A stretch of 64,000 bases of DNA from Sphyrna mokarran (taxonomy: Eukaryota). The stretch is from the NCBI GenBank assembly GCA_024679065.1, contig JAGIQG010000012.1, forward strand, positions 54,622,001-54,686,000. The letters run 5' to 3'. The translations under genes were made by a program, and so were the position numbers. Position 1 is the stretch's first letter. Each line of letters opens with the position of its first letter. Shown in pieces: positions 12,329 to 26,724 of this stretch. Below the pieces are notes generated by a model that was not told the origin of the DNA, searched no databases, and saw nothing but the letters and a program-made list of their open reading frames with translations.

Positions 12329-12999
12329 ATTTACAGGCATAACAGCATTTACAATTATCATGTTAATTCTGGAATGGAATGAATATCGGATTGAACCTGA
12401 TGGATAAAATCTTTCCAGACAATCCAGGGAACTAAAGGGGCAGCAAAGGTAATTTTCACAGAAATTTCAGTGTAAATTAAACTTGCGGTATTTTATCAGT
12501 TGTACTTCCTCCCTGGAGAGAGGGCGGAGTGGAGGAGATGATGGGGAGGTGATGGTAGAGAGGCAATGGCCAGGCAGTCAAATGCTGAAGTCTTGAAACA
12601 ATCTATTCACAACAAATGGTTTCATGGCCCTAATAAGAACCAAAATGCATTCTTTGGCTAGCAGATATTGCGAGCTCATTTAAACAGTTGGAGGCTATAT
12701 CTGAATCTGGCTGAATTTACCAATGTTAACAACAGTGCCATTAAACCAAAGATTGCTAAGTACGCTGCAGAGTGGGAGGAAACAGGGGTTTAGGGAATGC
12801 AAGGAACCTGTGCATCAGATTTGGTAGTCTTGGAATTCTGGTGGAACCGTAAAATTCCTGCATGATGTAGAGTTTCCACAGAGCCGACATTGCCACCGTC
12901 CAAAGCTTAACTGTAGTGGTACTGGTGGGAGAGCTTGTTTAACCTCTATTATCTGAAAGCAGTTACACAAGGGACCTCATACAGGAGCGTGTGCGCATA

Positions 13000-13042
13000 A
13001 ACACACACACACACACATACACACACACATACACACATGCAC
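13000..13042. repeat. Imperfect (CA)n microsatellite
   Basis: acacacacacacacacatacacacacacatacacacatgcac. Confidence 0.9.
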
Positions 13043-14970
13043 AAAACCTGAGAAATCCTGATGCATTACAGTATAGCACTTGCAAATAAATGTGGTCTAC
13101 TGAGATATGGTCCTTCTAATCCTTATCTAAATTGCAATTAACACTTCACAGCTACAGATATCTGCGCAAAACCCAAGCTGTGTTCTGTTATTTTTTGTTA
13201 TTGGACGAAAATCAAATCAATCTTCAAATAGGATTGGAATGAAAGAGGCTGATCTCTAATTGCACGAGCAGATAACAATTTCATACTTTCTGCCCAAGTA
13301 CAGCCATCAGGCTGCAGGAGGAGCAAATAAAGAAATTAGCCAGGAAACAGTGCCACTGTATAACATTTCATTATATTCCTCATCATATGCCAGATAGCGC
13401 AGGGCAAATATTTGAAAAATAAACAAACAGTCGTAAGGCCGAAAGAAACGGAGCATTGTGCCTTGTGTGTAGGTCTAGCTTTCTTCAAATAATTTGTCAC
13501 CCTTGATAGTCACAAAATGAAGTCATGAGGGCTTCATAAGGGAGTGTTTATGAATTTCTTATCAAAATCTCATGTGGCGCCATCCCAATTATCAGGTAAG
13601 AACAATCATATTAGAAAACACATCGGCTGTTTAATGTAATTTGCAATTGTTAAAAAAAACAAACAGACGTACAGTAATTCCATTGCAATTAATCTCCAAT
13701 CTAAACATGGCAGCGCATAGAGAGAGAATAAAATACAGTCTGTGTTAACTGATGCAGGCCTCTTAATCTACCATGACTGAATGCGCTTATCATCTCTGCT
13801 ACACTTAGCTAAGTTATTTCTTTGTCCAAACATTAAGGGGAAAAAAAATCAATTCAGCTCAGGTTTTCCCACATCTTCATATCACTTCTCATCTGAACTC
13901 TATGGAGGTAGAATTTCAATTACCTTGGAGAACTCCCAGCGAGCCAGGATGAACACGGTCCTCCTGGTCACAGCCAGTAATTGTAGAGGGGTCTGCATCT
14001 TACATTTGATGATATGGCTTACAAAAATAGATATTCCAGTTATTTGATAAAGGTATAAAAGTCTTCTTACGGACATTGCCACTATTTCTCTGCTCTGTCA
14101 AGCAGCACATGAACAACTAATTCTGTTACTTTGTAAATGTAATAATTAACATATTTACAATGCGAAAAAAAATGCTGACTATAATTGTAGCTGCAACAAG
14201 GTTCCCCGGGGAGGATAAATGAACTTTGAATATTCACTATTTGGTTGGGGAAAAAAATAATTAGCTTCCCATCTCATTCTCCTCTTTCCCATCAGATCAC
14301 TCTTTTTAAAAGCATTCCCTTCAGCACAAAACATGAAAACAACATTGAATTTGCTTAAAAATCATTTGCAGCTCTTTAGTTAGGATATTAAATAGCTTCC
14401 TGCCTGTATGGAACAAGCAGCATTAGCAGACACGAGCATATTTTGCAGTGAAGTTGCAAATGTACAGTTGGTGCATGCTGTTGCTCTGTGGTTGAAGTGA
14501 TAATGGGTTATACCCAGCTTATGAGGAGTTCAGATCAGATCACTAAAAGATGGGAAGCATCTACTTTAAATAAATTTACTCCCCCACCCCCCCCACATGC
14601 CTCCTTCAAGTTACAGTCACCTCAGTTACCAAAGATTGACTATTGATTCAATTTTCAGAATTATGAGTTTTCATACTGTAAATATCAAAGCACCAAGATG
14701 GGATTTGTAGAACTCTACGAATTAAGTAACACCATGCCAGAATGTTATGGATGAATCTATAGCACTGTTGGCCCACATCCTTGTCTGGATGAGCATCAAT
14801 GAAACCATAAATGGCACTTGGTTTCAGTCTATTCTAAGTTTACTCCTCGACTTGTTTCTGCAATGTGATACCAATGTGCCAAAGCCAACCCTAAAATGCC
14901 ATTTTATCTTCCATACTTTTATAAATTTTATTTAAAATGTCCTAAATGTCCTAAAGTCTTCAATTCAAGA

Positions 14971-15268
14971 GTAGCACATCATGGTTAACACTGCTGCCTC
15001 ACAGTACCAGGAACCCGTGTTCAATTCCGAACCTTGGCTCACGGTCTGTGGAGTTCGCACATTCTCCCTGTGTCTGCCTGGATTCCCTCCAGATGCTCCA
15101 GTTTCCTCCCACAGTCCAAAAGACATGCTGGTTAAGTGCACTGACCATGCTAAATTCTCTTTCAGTGTACCCAAACAGATGCCGGAATGTGGCAAAATGG
15201 GGATTTTCTCAGTAACATCACTGCAGTGTTAATGTAAGCCCACTTGTGACTGTAATAAATAAACTTTA
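14971..15268 (+). mobile_element. HE1-head SINE with alternative 3' tail
   Basis: TGGTTAACACTGCTGCCTCACAG head and HE1 core, then tail ...CAGTAACATCACTGCAGTGTTAATGTAAGCCCACTTGTGAC..TAATAAATAAACTTT. Confidence 0.85.
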
Positions 15269-17064
15269 AAAATATCTATACATTCGCACTTTCTATTTTT
15301 AAATACACCCAAATGGAGATAATTAATGAATGACATTGTTCTTGAGCCAAACATAAATATGCAAAAAAGCACATTAAAGACAATGTAGTGAAAAGAAAAT
15401 TGCAAAATACTCATAACAAATTGGAGAAGATGTTCCAAATCAATCTACGGTTTTAGTTACAGTGATTTCATACAAAAGCAGCATACTGCCATCCACTGGG
15501 ATTAAGTGTCTTCTCTTTACTGTTATATATTGTGGGCTGAAATCTAGGATGATGCACATTTTCTGCTATTTTAACTCAAAATTCAGAAATAATAAAAAAA
15601 ACCTGAAACCCAATCAACAAACTCCCATTATGCGTCTCAATCTGATTAGTACCATAATTTCAGAGTATCAAATCACTTACTAAGGACAGTATTTCAAACT
15701 GGTTCATCCTTTTTTTCAATGCAGAAAGGTCTGATCAAATGTCAATATATACTAGATGTGACTTAAATACCTCAAGTCACAAGCGCGCTAAACCCTTTCT
15801 CGCTTTTGGTCGACAGAAAGTGTGAACTGCCCTATCGTTAACGCCATGAATATGTTAGCAAGTGAATAGCCCTGACCCTGGAGTTAATCCTTTAATCCCT
15901 TTGCATCTGTTTGCAACATTTCTGCAATCTTCTTTTTTGACAACTTATTTTTTTACACATTGTTAGCAGTGAACTGGTCTAACGTTTTCAGTTTGTTTCA
16001 TAGAATTCATTTAATGTCACATTCCTCTTAACATGTTACCAGCAAATCTTGTGTAACACAATAGCTACAATGCTCACTGTCAATCCAATACAGTCGTGTT
16101 TAAATAGCAACAAGGCACACAAACAGAAGCTAAGGATGAAATGTCTAAAAGCAGTAGCAGTAATGGGTTAATTACAATAACTCTTCACTATCTTTCCACA
16201 ATAAAGGGTTGCTTTATCCTGCCAGTTTGGAACTGCCAGATTTATGGAAGCACTTTAAGATGATTTATTCATCTTATGTTGCACTTTCAGTCTCAAAATA
16301 TATTTATAATTCAGATTGAAAATACATATACTGTAGAATAAATAATATCACAATACATTTACTATCTAATAAAATTTCTGTTTAGCGGTATAAAGAGAAA
16401 CTACAAGGTTAGTGAAAATGCCAAATATTTATTCCAAAGTAACAAGGATCCTTTTGCTTGAAGCTGAATTCTGCATTACACTCTGGCTTAAAGGTTAGAA
16501 AGATGAAACAATTCAAATGGTCTACAGTCAAGAAAAACCTTGCTCTGTGCTTTTCATTTTACAACATTCAAAATGTTTGTGTAGCATTTTACCAAAGGAC
16601 GTTTTCAAACATGTTACAACAAACGTAACTATGTTGAGAAATAAATCCAGTGACTAATGAACTTAATTCTCTCAAAATTACACACAAATACTGCAATTGT
16701 ATCAGAATTTAATCAGCTTCTGGCACTGGTGCATATAAATAGTACTCACAAGGAGGATTACACTTCGGAAGGAGGAGAAATAAGATGCCTAGAACAAAGA
16801 TTTAGTGCTAAGGGAGCGATTGATCACAAAGTGGCTGAGTTACATCAATAGTTGGGAAGTGGATTGAAAGACAGTTTATACTCAGAGTTTGAATTTTTAT
16901 ACACAATATACATGTTAAACCTATTATTTAGACTGGGCTTGTCTTTTTTGGAAGTGTTTCGGGTGTGATGATTGACATTCCTTTGGTTTTCTTCACATTA
17001 TGTTCTCTGTTTCATCAATGAAAAAATAAAATTCTATCTTGATGTAAAGAATTTGAATGAAACC

Positions 17065-18385
17065 TTCGGCCCACATTTTGCCGCGACTGGAGAGCTGTAT
17101 GTAATGCTAAAATCGTTGAAGTGGCCAAAGATTGTTAAGTTCCCGCCCTCCCCCAAAACATGGCACATTGCATTTTGGAAGGGGTGAGAATGCTTCACGT
17201 TTTCATGGTTTATGGAGGCAGCTGGCCATTTAAATCAACAGCTGCCTCTACTGAAATGGGACTTGATAAGAGCAGGATTGAACTTTCTGGATTTGTTTAA
17301 ACAGTCAGAGCGTCCCTTTGGAGAGGTGAGGTGCCCCTTTGGATCTGATCCTGAGACACCTTTGAGGGAGGTGAGGTGCTCTGTGGTAGAGTTCAGGTGA
17401 CCTTTGGAACTGTTAAAACTCAACTTAAATGTGTGTATAAAGTGCATAAATTAATTGTGGTCAAGCTCATTGGAATTGTCAATAGACAGTCCAAAATCAA
17501 CTGTCAAAACTGTCAGAAGCACCTGTTTAAGGGAGCTGTCAAACTGTCAAAGCATCTAAAATTCTGTTCTTTAAATCTGTATAGGAAATGTCTGGAGCTT
17601 ACAAAAATGATTGCTTGTTTGGACTCCATGCACCCTGGACATTCTCTCTTCCCCATCTTCTGTCAGGAAAAAGACACAAAGGCTGAGGTCACGCACTAAC
17701 CGATGCAAGAGCAGCTTCTTCCCTGCTGCCATCAGACTTTTGAATGGAACTACTTTATATTAAGTTAATCTTTCTCTACACCCTAGCTATGACTTTAACA
17801 ACACATTCTGCATTCTCTCCTTTCCTTCTCTATGTATGGTATGCTTTGTATAGCACATAAGAAACAATACTTTACACTGTATACTAATACATGTGACAAT
17901 AATAAATCAAATCAAAAAACCTATCTATTGACATATGCCTGAGGGCATCATTATTGGATAAGAGCTGCATAACTGATTTTGCAACCATCCATTATCACAG
18001 TAGGGTGCCTGCTATTTCAGTTTGATTGACAGCTATAATTGGTTCTGAACTTTTTGTTATGGAACCATGAATTCCAATGTTTGTTGTTATAAGTGATTCT
18101 GTATTTGAATAAAATGTTTGTTGTTATGAGGCTTTATGTGGTTGAAGGTACATAAATGTACTAAACGTGCTTTTATGAATGAGTGTTTTTTGGTATAGTG
18201 AAGTTTGCAATGGACACTTAGAAGTTTACTTTATTGAACATTATTTTATCTAAACTCTGCATGGGTCCTGAGTTCTGCCTGTGGTGGGCAAGTTGGTATG
18301 GTATGTGTAAGGATCCTGGGACTGAGCGGAGGAGGTATAAAGGGCCATGTGGGGTGGTTGAAAGGGAACTGGTTGGCATAGGGAC
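17065..18385 (+). mobile_element. Unclassified ~1-kb interspersed repeat (probably a non-autonomous DNA transposon), interrupted by a Rex1/Babar fragment
   Basis: 17210-17560 aligns by eye in reverse orientation to 50500-50870 (CTGTCAAA/TTTGACAG submotifs, GTCAAGCTCATTG, GGCAGCTG..ATTTAAAT). Confidence 0.55.
17619..17915 (+). mobile_element. Rex1/Babar-type LINE 3' fragment
   Basis: Encodes decayed D..HPGHSLF..L.SG....SFFPAAIRLLN; ends AATAATAAATCAAATCAAA; homologous to 25555-26010. Confidence 0.8.
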
Positions 18386-18386
18386 T

Positions 18387-18678
18387 TTAAAGTTTATTTA
18401 TTAGTATCTCAAGCAGATTTACATTAACACTGCAATGAAATTACTGTAAAAATCTGCTAGTTGCTGCACTCCGGTGCCTGTTTGGGTACCTTGAGGGAGA
18501 ATTTATCATGGCCAAAGTACCTAACTTTCAGACTGTAGGAGGAAATTGGAGAACCCGGAGGAAACCCATGCAGGCATGCAGAGAACTTGCAGACTCCGCA
18601 CAGATAGTGACTCAAACCAGGAATCAAACCTGGTTTCCTGGCGTTGTGAGGCAGCAATGCTAACCACTATGCCACTAT
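18387..18678 (-). mobile_element. HE1-head SINE with alternative 3' tail
   Basis: AAAGTTTATTTATTAGT...ATTAACACTGCAATGAAATTACTGT tail plus GAGGCAGCAATGCTAACCAC head, in reverse. Confidence 0.85.
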
Positions 18679-20149
18679 ACGAGAAGAGTTATATTGCCAA
18701 ATAGAAGTTGGCAAGAATATGCAAATGTGGATAGAATGTGAGCTGCCAGTGAAGATGGGTCTGGAGCAGGCTGAAGCATAAAACAGGTCCCAATGAGGCA
18801 AGAAAGGAATGCAGAGGAAACTGCAATCGTGACATCTGACCTGAATCAGCAGATAAAGTTTTTTGAAGAGACCAATTAACCTTCTCAACTTTTTTGAATG
18901 TATTATATCACAATATTTTACTATTGTAATGTGAGGTGTTCAAAAGTGAAGCATAAAGTAAAGTTGCATTAGGTTACCTAGTGCAAAGTAAAGATTAATT
19001 TTAGGTAGTATTCATATAGTCACTGACATTTTAACTGGTTTCAAATGACTACTTACTTCAACCTGTGTTCCCACCAACAGTCTATAACCGCTATTACATA
19101 TTCACAGGAGTCAGTTGTCTATCGGTGCAAATCTACGTAAGAAGATATCAACTATTTTTAATAATCAACCATTTCTTAACTGTGCTTTCTTCAAGCAAAA
19201 TTTAAACAAGGCACAAAGTTAATTCTGGATATCCATCAATGGGATCTCAACTTTCAGCACCTAACAGCAGAGCTGTGGTAGTGAACATCTAAAAATCTGC
19301 TGGAGGAAATGATATAATATGGCATACACACGCAGATAAGCACTGATGTTTCTCCCTTAATGATATGCTTCAGTCTATTAAATTTAAGGCAGTTATTTAT
19401 TGATCAATGTGACTTATACAATGTACTTAGTAATATCACAACAAGTAGGCTAGATACTAAATAACAACAATATGCACAGGTATCTTTGAGAAGGCTCGGC
19501 CGCATGATGCCCTTTGAACTTTGAGCCCTAGGTGTAATGGGATGAAAGTCTCCTCTTTTAGCTGGCTGTATGAATGCTAAGTAAAGAAACAGTTTCAACA
19601 CATTTCCTGGTATCCACAAGTCAACAGCCCAATTTGCGCATAATTCAACACAAATTGCCACTATTACCAACTTCACTGAGATAAGACTTGGCTGGGAATA
19701 AAAAGAAAGAAAATTTCACTGACTGATTAAGAGACATTTTCTCAGAGAGAGGTTAAAGTAAAGAAAGTGTCACTCTGCATTTGTATACAGAGGTAGGAGT
19801 AATCCTGCCATCACAATCCCACAACCGTCACAGGCTGCTCAAGTTTTCCCAAAGTAAGGCCCTATTTTGTGCCAGAGGCAGATCTATTGTCCCCAACGGC
19901 AGGCCTGCCTCGGCTGCCACCTTTCTTTTCATGAGTTCCAATGATCCCTTACAGGGATTAGCCTCAGTTGTCAACACGTAAAAATGCAGCTATGAGTCTC
20001 CGGAGCCCTGTGAGAGAAGTATCATCAAAATCAATATCTTCCCAAAATTCGGCCGTTCCTTTGAGTTATCCCCGTGTTGCTTTCCCTTCCTTGCTATCTC
20101 CTTCCATGTTAATGCCTATGACATCTTTCAGTCTCTAAAATTTCTCTAA

Positions 20150-20480
20150 TATAACTTTCAAGAGGTTCCCACGACTTTTGTCCTGCCTCTGTGGTTGTTC
20201 TCATTTCTTCTCACTTGGTGGGGTTCCAGATGGCTTTGAAGGCCACCTGCCTCAATGAAAATCCACAATGTTCCAACCTTAAGCAAGTTTCCTGTCCCAC
20301 GCCTTTTGCTGCGCTCCTCCTCAAAATGTCCACAAGCGGCCATGGAATTTGGATTCTGCCAACACCGCCTGGCCATGAACACAGGTATGAACATCCATGC
20401 CATTGTACTTGCCCTTGGAGTGCTCAAATATGTGGAAAATAAAATGTGTTTCATTGCATCAACACTGATATGATTCATCT
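20150..20480 (-). mobile_element. Possible heavily decayed RTE-type LINE fragment
   Basis: Frame-shifted traces resembling the RTE C-terminal W.G.V.R...IP / G.RS.R.G motifs; weak. Confidence 0.3.
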
Positions 20481-20789
20481 CAATAATAAGGATAACATAT
20501 TTGGAGTGTACACATAATCAATCTGTACAGATGAGCAATACTTGGTTTATGACCCAGGGCTAAAGCCTCACAAAGAAAACAATGGAGGGCTCATGGTGAT
20601 AGAAACTGGTATGGGCTGCGCTCAACGTTTCAATGTAAAACAAACACACAATATTCTAACTTAGCAGTTGTATGGTCTGCACCCGATCTGCACTGATGTT
20701 GGTCCATTGCAAAACGAATAAACCCAAGCTTGTGCCAAGTATAGGCCATCGTTATTGGTGGTCTCTCGATATCTACTCAGGGTTATAGC

Positions 20790-21200
20790 TTTCTGCGATG
20801 GGTCTTCATGTAAATGAACAGGCTGATTCTCAACCCACAGATCTTTGAGTACAAGAGGCAGGGTGTCCCTATGAGGCAGTGAGATCCGGAGTGCTGCATT
20901 TGCTTCCCTTTCTTTCCGTCACTGTCACAGCTTTGCCTTATCATTAAGATGCTGTGACTCAAAGTGTGATGCAGCTTGCACAAGTAGTCACCGTTCTGGT
21001 TGGCAGATTGGCAGCAATTCAAGGAGAGTTTCAGAGTGCCTTTTTGGCATTTTTCTTCCTCCCCTGGAGTGTTGACCATTTGAGATTGACAAAACAGGAA
21101 CTGGCAGGGGTGCTTTTTGGTCACTTGGATAATGTCCAGCCCATCAAAGTTGATTTTGTAGGAGTTTTGCCTTAATGCTTGTGGAAATGGCTCTAAGAAG
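20790..21200 (-). mobile_element. Decayed RTE-clade LINE 3' end
   Basis: ORF-track peptide ...KGTLKLSL...CLLYSKICGLRISLFIYMKTH resembles the RTE C-terminal KDTLK.SL motif and C..C.SRIGL.SH..TH zinc finger. Confidence 0.65.
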
Positions 21201-23015
21201 GACACTAGTATTTGTTCGCCAAACCCTACCACTGAATTCAGAGAATGCAGCGCAGACATTGCTAAGGGAGTTTCTCCTAAGCTCATGTGTCACTGATATA
21301 CAATTAAGGTCTTACTGTAATAACAAGGACTGTGCTGATGAGAACTGCTCTGTGCATTATGATTTCTCTGACTTGTAAAGGGCTTTGTTGTCAAACACTT
21401 ACTGCTTTAGTTTGTAGCTGGCACAGTGTTGGATCTCTTCATCAATGGTGGCCTTTTGGCAGGTCTGGCTGGAAAACTGAGATGTGCTCAACATATTCCA
21501 GAGTCTCCTTTACAAAATCTCAGGCGTGGAATTTTGGGCTGATCAGCTGTGGGTTGATATAAGTTTGGGTTCAGTGACGTTCAGTATAAGCCAAGTTTCT
21601 TGTAACCAGAACTGAAGCAACCAAGAGGATTTAATGTTACTTAGTCCCACTTCATACAGGCAGTTAATTAGGGATCAAACATTTATTAAGGCACCTCTTT
21701 GACAAACTAGTTCCATGTTTTACCCTGTCAGGATCTGTTAGTGATCCCAATGATCACCAAGCAAAGGTATGTATGTGTTCAAAATTTGTTTTTCATTTTT
21801 CTGCAGAGGCATCTCACCCACTGGCCCCACCCTCCCTCCTATCCAACCCTAACTCACTTCAACTCCCTGAAGAGATTACCCAAGGGCTATTGTTGGCAGG
21901 GCAATTGAAGCTAAGTCAGTCTCTCAGGCAAAGGGATAACTTGCTGGTGGTAGTACAAAAGTGGCAAGGAGCAATTTCCATAGATCCTAAGATCTCCCTG
22001 TTTGGGTCACACCGAATCCACAGCACTAAGTCTGGGCACAAGAACAGGCCCAGATTAATATCTACCTTGTGACATGACATCCTACTGCTAAACAGCAACT
22101 ACTGCCTGCTAATATTGCAGGCTGCTGCCTAGGGTCTGCCTCGAGCAATTGAAAATGTTTCTCATTTAGAAAATAAATGCATCTCTTGGGCACAATAAGA
22201 TTACATTGGCTGAAAATTGTTGGCTGCAGTTGGTAAATTATTCCCCTTGGTTTATGGAAGTGACCTCAAGTATGCAGTAATGCCCTCACTCTTTGGCACT
22301 GAATGTTATAACTATCTTGGTGTTTCTCGTAATCTTTGGGTCAATCGTCAATGGTCTCCCAAATTACAGACAATATTTGTAAGGCCAACAGAGATTTAGG
22401 CTTGCCCAAACAAAGAGTGTAACAGGTTTAGAAAGTGCATAATGTACTCGTAACATAGCAGGAGTCAAGCATTCCTACATTTGTCTTCAATGTTTAGCCC
22501 AATGAGTTATCCATTAAAAACAGAATTATGTCATGCCTTCCCAAATTTTGACTTCAAGTAAAAAGCGGCATTCAAAATATTTCTGAATTGATCAGTTAAC
22601 TCTAGGTTGCCAATTAAATATAACAAATGTTCCCTCAAAAGTTTATTTAAAAATATAAGTGCTCTGACCAATTTATGACTTCAAAGCAAAGTTACTTGAT
22701 CAAATGTTAAATCCTTTGCATAATGAATCAGGTTTTTCTATGTGGGCACTCCAAGGAAAATTGGCCATTCCAGAGAAAGAAATGGAGTTTAGGGTGGAAA
22801 GAAAATCTTAGCCTGTATAGAATATGTATCAGGACAAGTTACAGATATCATTGCAGCTAACAGAACAGCTCCAAACCTTTTCTTTCCTAGGGTTAAGCTG
22901 CTGACATGATTTTGTCATGATCGCACAAGCTAAGTTTGAAAAAAAAACAGACAATACAACTTTGAAAAAATAAATACAAACCTTCATGGGTTAAGATTAA
23001 TACTCCCAATTTATT

Positions 23016-23306
23016 TAAAATTCATTTGTTAGTGTCACAAGTAGACTTACATTCACACTTAAATATAGTTACAATGAAAATCCCCTAGGCGCCTCTTCGG
23101 ATATACTGAGGGAGAATTTAGTAAGGCCCATTCGCCTAACCAGCATCTCCTTCAAATTGTGGGAGGAAACCAGAACACATGGAAGAAACCCATGCAGATC
23201 TGAAGAGAATGTGCAGACTTTGCACAGGCAATGATCCGAGCCGGGAATCGAACCCAAGTCCTTGCGATGGTGAGGCAGCAGTGTTAACCGCTGTATCATT
23301 GCGCCA
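23016..23306 (-). mobile_element. HE1-head SINE with alternative 3' tail
   Basis: TTAGTGTCACAAGTAGACTTACATT tail; CCGGGAATCGAACCC B-box; GAGGCAGCAGTGTTAACC head. Confidence 0.85.
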
Positions 23307-24402
23307 CACCTTTCATTGTACATTGCAATACATATAGAAAGGATGCTGCATAAGTAGGTTCAAGCACTTCCAATGAACCAGAATTAGAGGTCTATGGGCT
23401 GAAAATCAAGTTGCAAGTATAAAAACAAATCAGAAAAGTCATTCTGTAGCTCTGAATGAAAGTCTAGTTTTATTTTTGCAACTCTGCTTGCAATATTAAA
23501 TAGGCATTTCTCTGTACACCACAGAGTTTGTTTGTATCATCGCATAACAATGTGTACCGAATGGGCCAGTGCGCAAGATCACAGGATGAAGCAGTTTGGC
23601 AACACATTGACTGCTCTCTTAAGAATGAGAGAACTCTGGATAAAGATCAAACAGATCCTAAGTAACCCTAATTCCCCACAACAATAAAGATTATTGCACT
23701 TGACTCTTTCTCAATGAAAAACAACACTCAAATTCTAACTTTTTCTGTTAATCCCACTAAAAGGCTGTCAATTCATCTCTCGCAACGGAACAATGCAAAG
23801 CATTCAAATAATTACCTAAGTCCCTCCCACTGAATGAATGTTCTCCAAGAAAATACCACTAAAGTTTTTTGCATGGTTCTCCAACCTTAACTTTGCATGT
23901 TTCAAATCACTTATAGAGGCCTACTTCATAAAGGGAGGCTTGGAAAGGATCGCACGTAAGAGCCAGAGAAAACAGTTTAAAATCATTCTTGGACAACAAT
24001 CAGATTTAAAAGTATTGCAGTAAATCGATATTCCTAATATTACTGAATTCAAGAAATTTAACATCAGTACAAAGGCTCTATTATGAGTCTTTCACTAATT
24101 TCTTTATTACAGGAAGTATTATAATTAAGTATAATGCAATATTGTTAAATGCTCAGTTCAAAAGAAAGAACTTGCATTTATGCCAAATACAGAAATCTCT
24201 GGAAAAAAGAGGGTAGAGGTTATAAGGTCTTTCAGAAAAACTGGAAACCAGGACTGAAATAAAAGGGCCAAATTATACCAGAAAAATGGCAGTGTGTTAT
24301 TTCCGGCAAGAAAAAAGCCAGTTTTCTCTCCAGATTTTGCAGCACCTTGTCAACAAAACATCAGAGGGGGGATATTTCATCTGTCATACGGTGGCGGGGT
24401 GG

Positions 24403-24432
<30 letters not shown>
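24403..24432. repeat. Poly-G run (~30 nt) followed by (GGT)n
   Basis: Seen directly in the sequence. Confidence 0.9.
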
Positions 24433-24434
<2 letters not shown>

Positions 24435-25554
24435 GGTGGTGGTGGCGGGGGGGACCCTCAACATGCCGGCAAAACCTGGCTGCACAGAAATGGGACACCA
24501 TCTTGAACGGGCACCTATTTGGATATAGCTCGGCACAACATTAAGGGCCGAAGGGTCTGTGACTGTGTTGTACTGTTCTATATAAGTACATCTGAGTAAA
24601 CCTCCCCATCAGCCCACCGCGGAGGTCTATAGCCCCCCATCCCTTGTTGCCGTCGTTACTTCTCTACCACCCACCATCTCCCCCATGCCAGTCCCCGCAT
24701 CCCTCATCATTGGCCTCTTCCCTCCCCCACCCCAATCATAGGACTCTTACCCCCCACTACTCCCCCGATCATCACCCTGGCTCCTCCTCCACTCCTACTC
24801 CCCACAGCCTGTGCTCGCACGGACAGCAAGCGTGGGCCCAAGACCACACTCAAGCAGTCTTTCCTCAGAATTATCATTGTTGCCTGTTGCAGAGTAGGTA
24901 AGTATTTTATCTTTGTCACTGGCAGTTTTTAACTGGGTCTCTCTCTCTCTCATTTTAGCTCATTCTGACCTGAAGGTGTTGATTTATACCCAGCCATAAG
25001 TCACCCTCTGCTACTTCAGACAAATACCTTTTGTCAACATGTTACGCAGGACAACAAGTGCTGCCAAGCCATGCTTGGCATTGCATCTGAGTCCAATCTT
25101 GTCCTCATCCACCATCCAAAAATGTGAACTTTGTAGATATCAGATCAAGAACACTGTTCTATTTTTATTGGGTCTTCAAACTCACTGGTTTTCACAAGTC
25201 CTACAATTTTATTTTTGGCTTTCAACTGCCCGTGCAATACCAGTCCTAGGCAACACAGCATCATGCATGCAACATACCAGCTCCTGCTGGAAAATGCACA
25301 TGTTCACTCAGCCTTTGAGGACAAGTAGGACCAGCCCTTGATTTTGCTTGCTTTTAGTTCCTAGTTGTAACTTAAATCAGCAAACAATTTTGTTTCCAAG
25401 GAACGACAGTCACAGTCAGATTGCCACCCTACTCCTACTTCCTTATTTTGGAATGCTGCTGTACCTTTCTCACTGAAGAGACTAAGGAAATTTAGCATGT
25501 CCGTTGCAATCTCACCTAATTCTACAGATGCAGCAGACAAAGCATTCTTTCTAG

Positions 25555-26010
25555 TTGTATATAGCTTGATATGGCTCCTGCTCTATCCAAGACCGTAAGA
25601 AACTGCAAAGGGTCGTGAATGTTGCCCAGTCCATCATGCAAACCACCTCTCATCCGTTGACATTGTCTACACTTTCTGCTGCCTTGGAAAAGCAGCTAGC
25701 GTAATCAAGGACCCCAAACACCCCGGACATTGTCTCTTTCACCTCCTTCCTTCGGGAAAAGATACTAAAGTCTGAGATCACGTACTGACTCAAAAACAGC
25801 TTCTTCCCTGCTGCCAACAGATTTGTGAGTGGATCTACCTCGCATCAAGTTGCTCTTTCTCTACACCTTGTCTATGACTGTAACACTACATTCTCTACTC
25901 TCTCTTTTCCTTCCCTATGTACAATATGCTTTGTCTTTGCAGCGCCCAAGAAACAATACTTTTCACTTTATACTAATACATGTGACAATAATAAATCAAA
26001 TCAAATCAAA
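25555..26010 (+). mobile_element. Rex1/Babar-type LINE 3' fragment
   Basis: Encodes YGSCSIQDRKKLQRVVNVAQSI...CLGKAASVIKDPKHPGH..FHLLPSGKRY...KNSFFPAA; (AAATC)n tail. Confidence 0.85.
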
Positions 26011-26149
26011 CCCAACTTTCTAACTCAGGCTGGGTTTGAGAAGTGCAGTACAGCTGCACAGGAATCCTCTCAGGTGAGGGCAGTAGAATAGAGAGAAATG
26101 AGGGCACACCAGCTTTGTTACAATACTAGATGCCATGAAGCAAATAAGT

Positions 26150-26700
26150 TTAAAGATTGTTAGTTCGAGAAGATAGGGAGAGGTTTGTGGGTAAGGGAAG
26201 TGGGAGGTGGATAGGAGGAAGGTCAGTCAGTCCATTGGAGGGAGGGGTGTCAGGTGGTGAGGGTATCATTGTAGGTCAGGAAGGTAGTCAGGCGAAGTGG
26301 GGGTGTAGTTGGGTAACTGGGGGGTGCACTCGGAAGGACTGGCAAGGGGTCAAGGGTTCAGTACTATCATTACCCAGGATCTCAGAAGTAATTTTAATTG
26401 TTCTAACCTTTCCTAGGTGACTATCCTTGTAAGACCGTCAGAACCACCTGAAATTGATTTAAATCCAAAGGCAGTGCCAAATGAGTGTGAAAACGGGAGA
26501 GAATCATGCCGATCTTTTGGGCAAGCTTCCAACTGCAATTAGGAAAGAAAATGCCAAATGTGATTCGCACCAGTAGGAGGAGGGATGGAGCCTGTTCTTG
26601 CTGGGAAGCCATCTGCTAAGCTTTAGGGGTGCCACTGTGCAGACACTCCAATCTCCCAGTGCACTGGGAGAGCTCCTTACCAGGACAAGCCAGTAAAATC
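26150..26700 (+). repeat. Unclassified old interspersed repeat (G-rich tract plus shared core)
   Basis: Core TTTTAATTGTTCTAAC...GACTATC...GTCAGAACCACC resembles 55270-55350, which also follows a G-rich tract. Confidence 0.4.
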
Positions 26701-26724
26701 GCCCTCCTTTTGTTCCAGATGGTT

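Noticed and set aside
20783-21286. 167-aa ORF as a host gene
   Set aside because: Explained as a decayed RTE LINE C-terminus.
24286-24544. Poly-glycine ORFs
   Set aside because: Produced by a poly-G run; the homopolymer length may also be a sequencing artefact.
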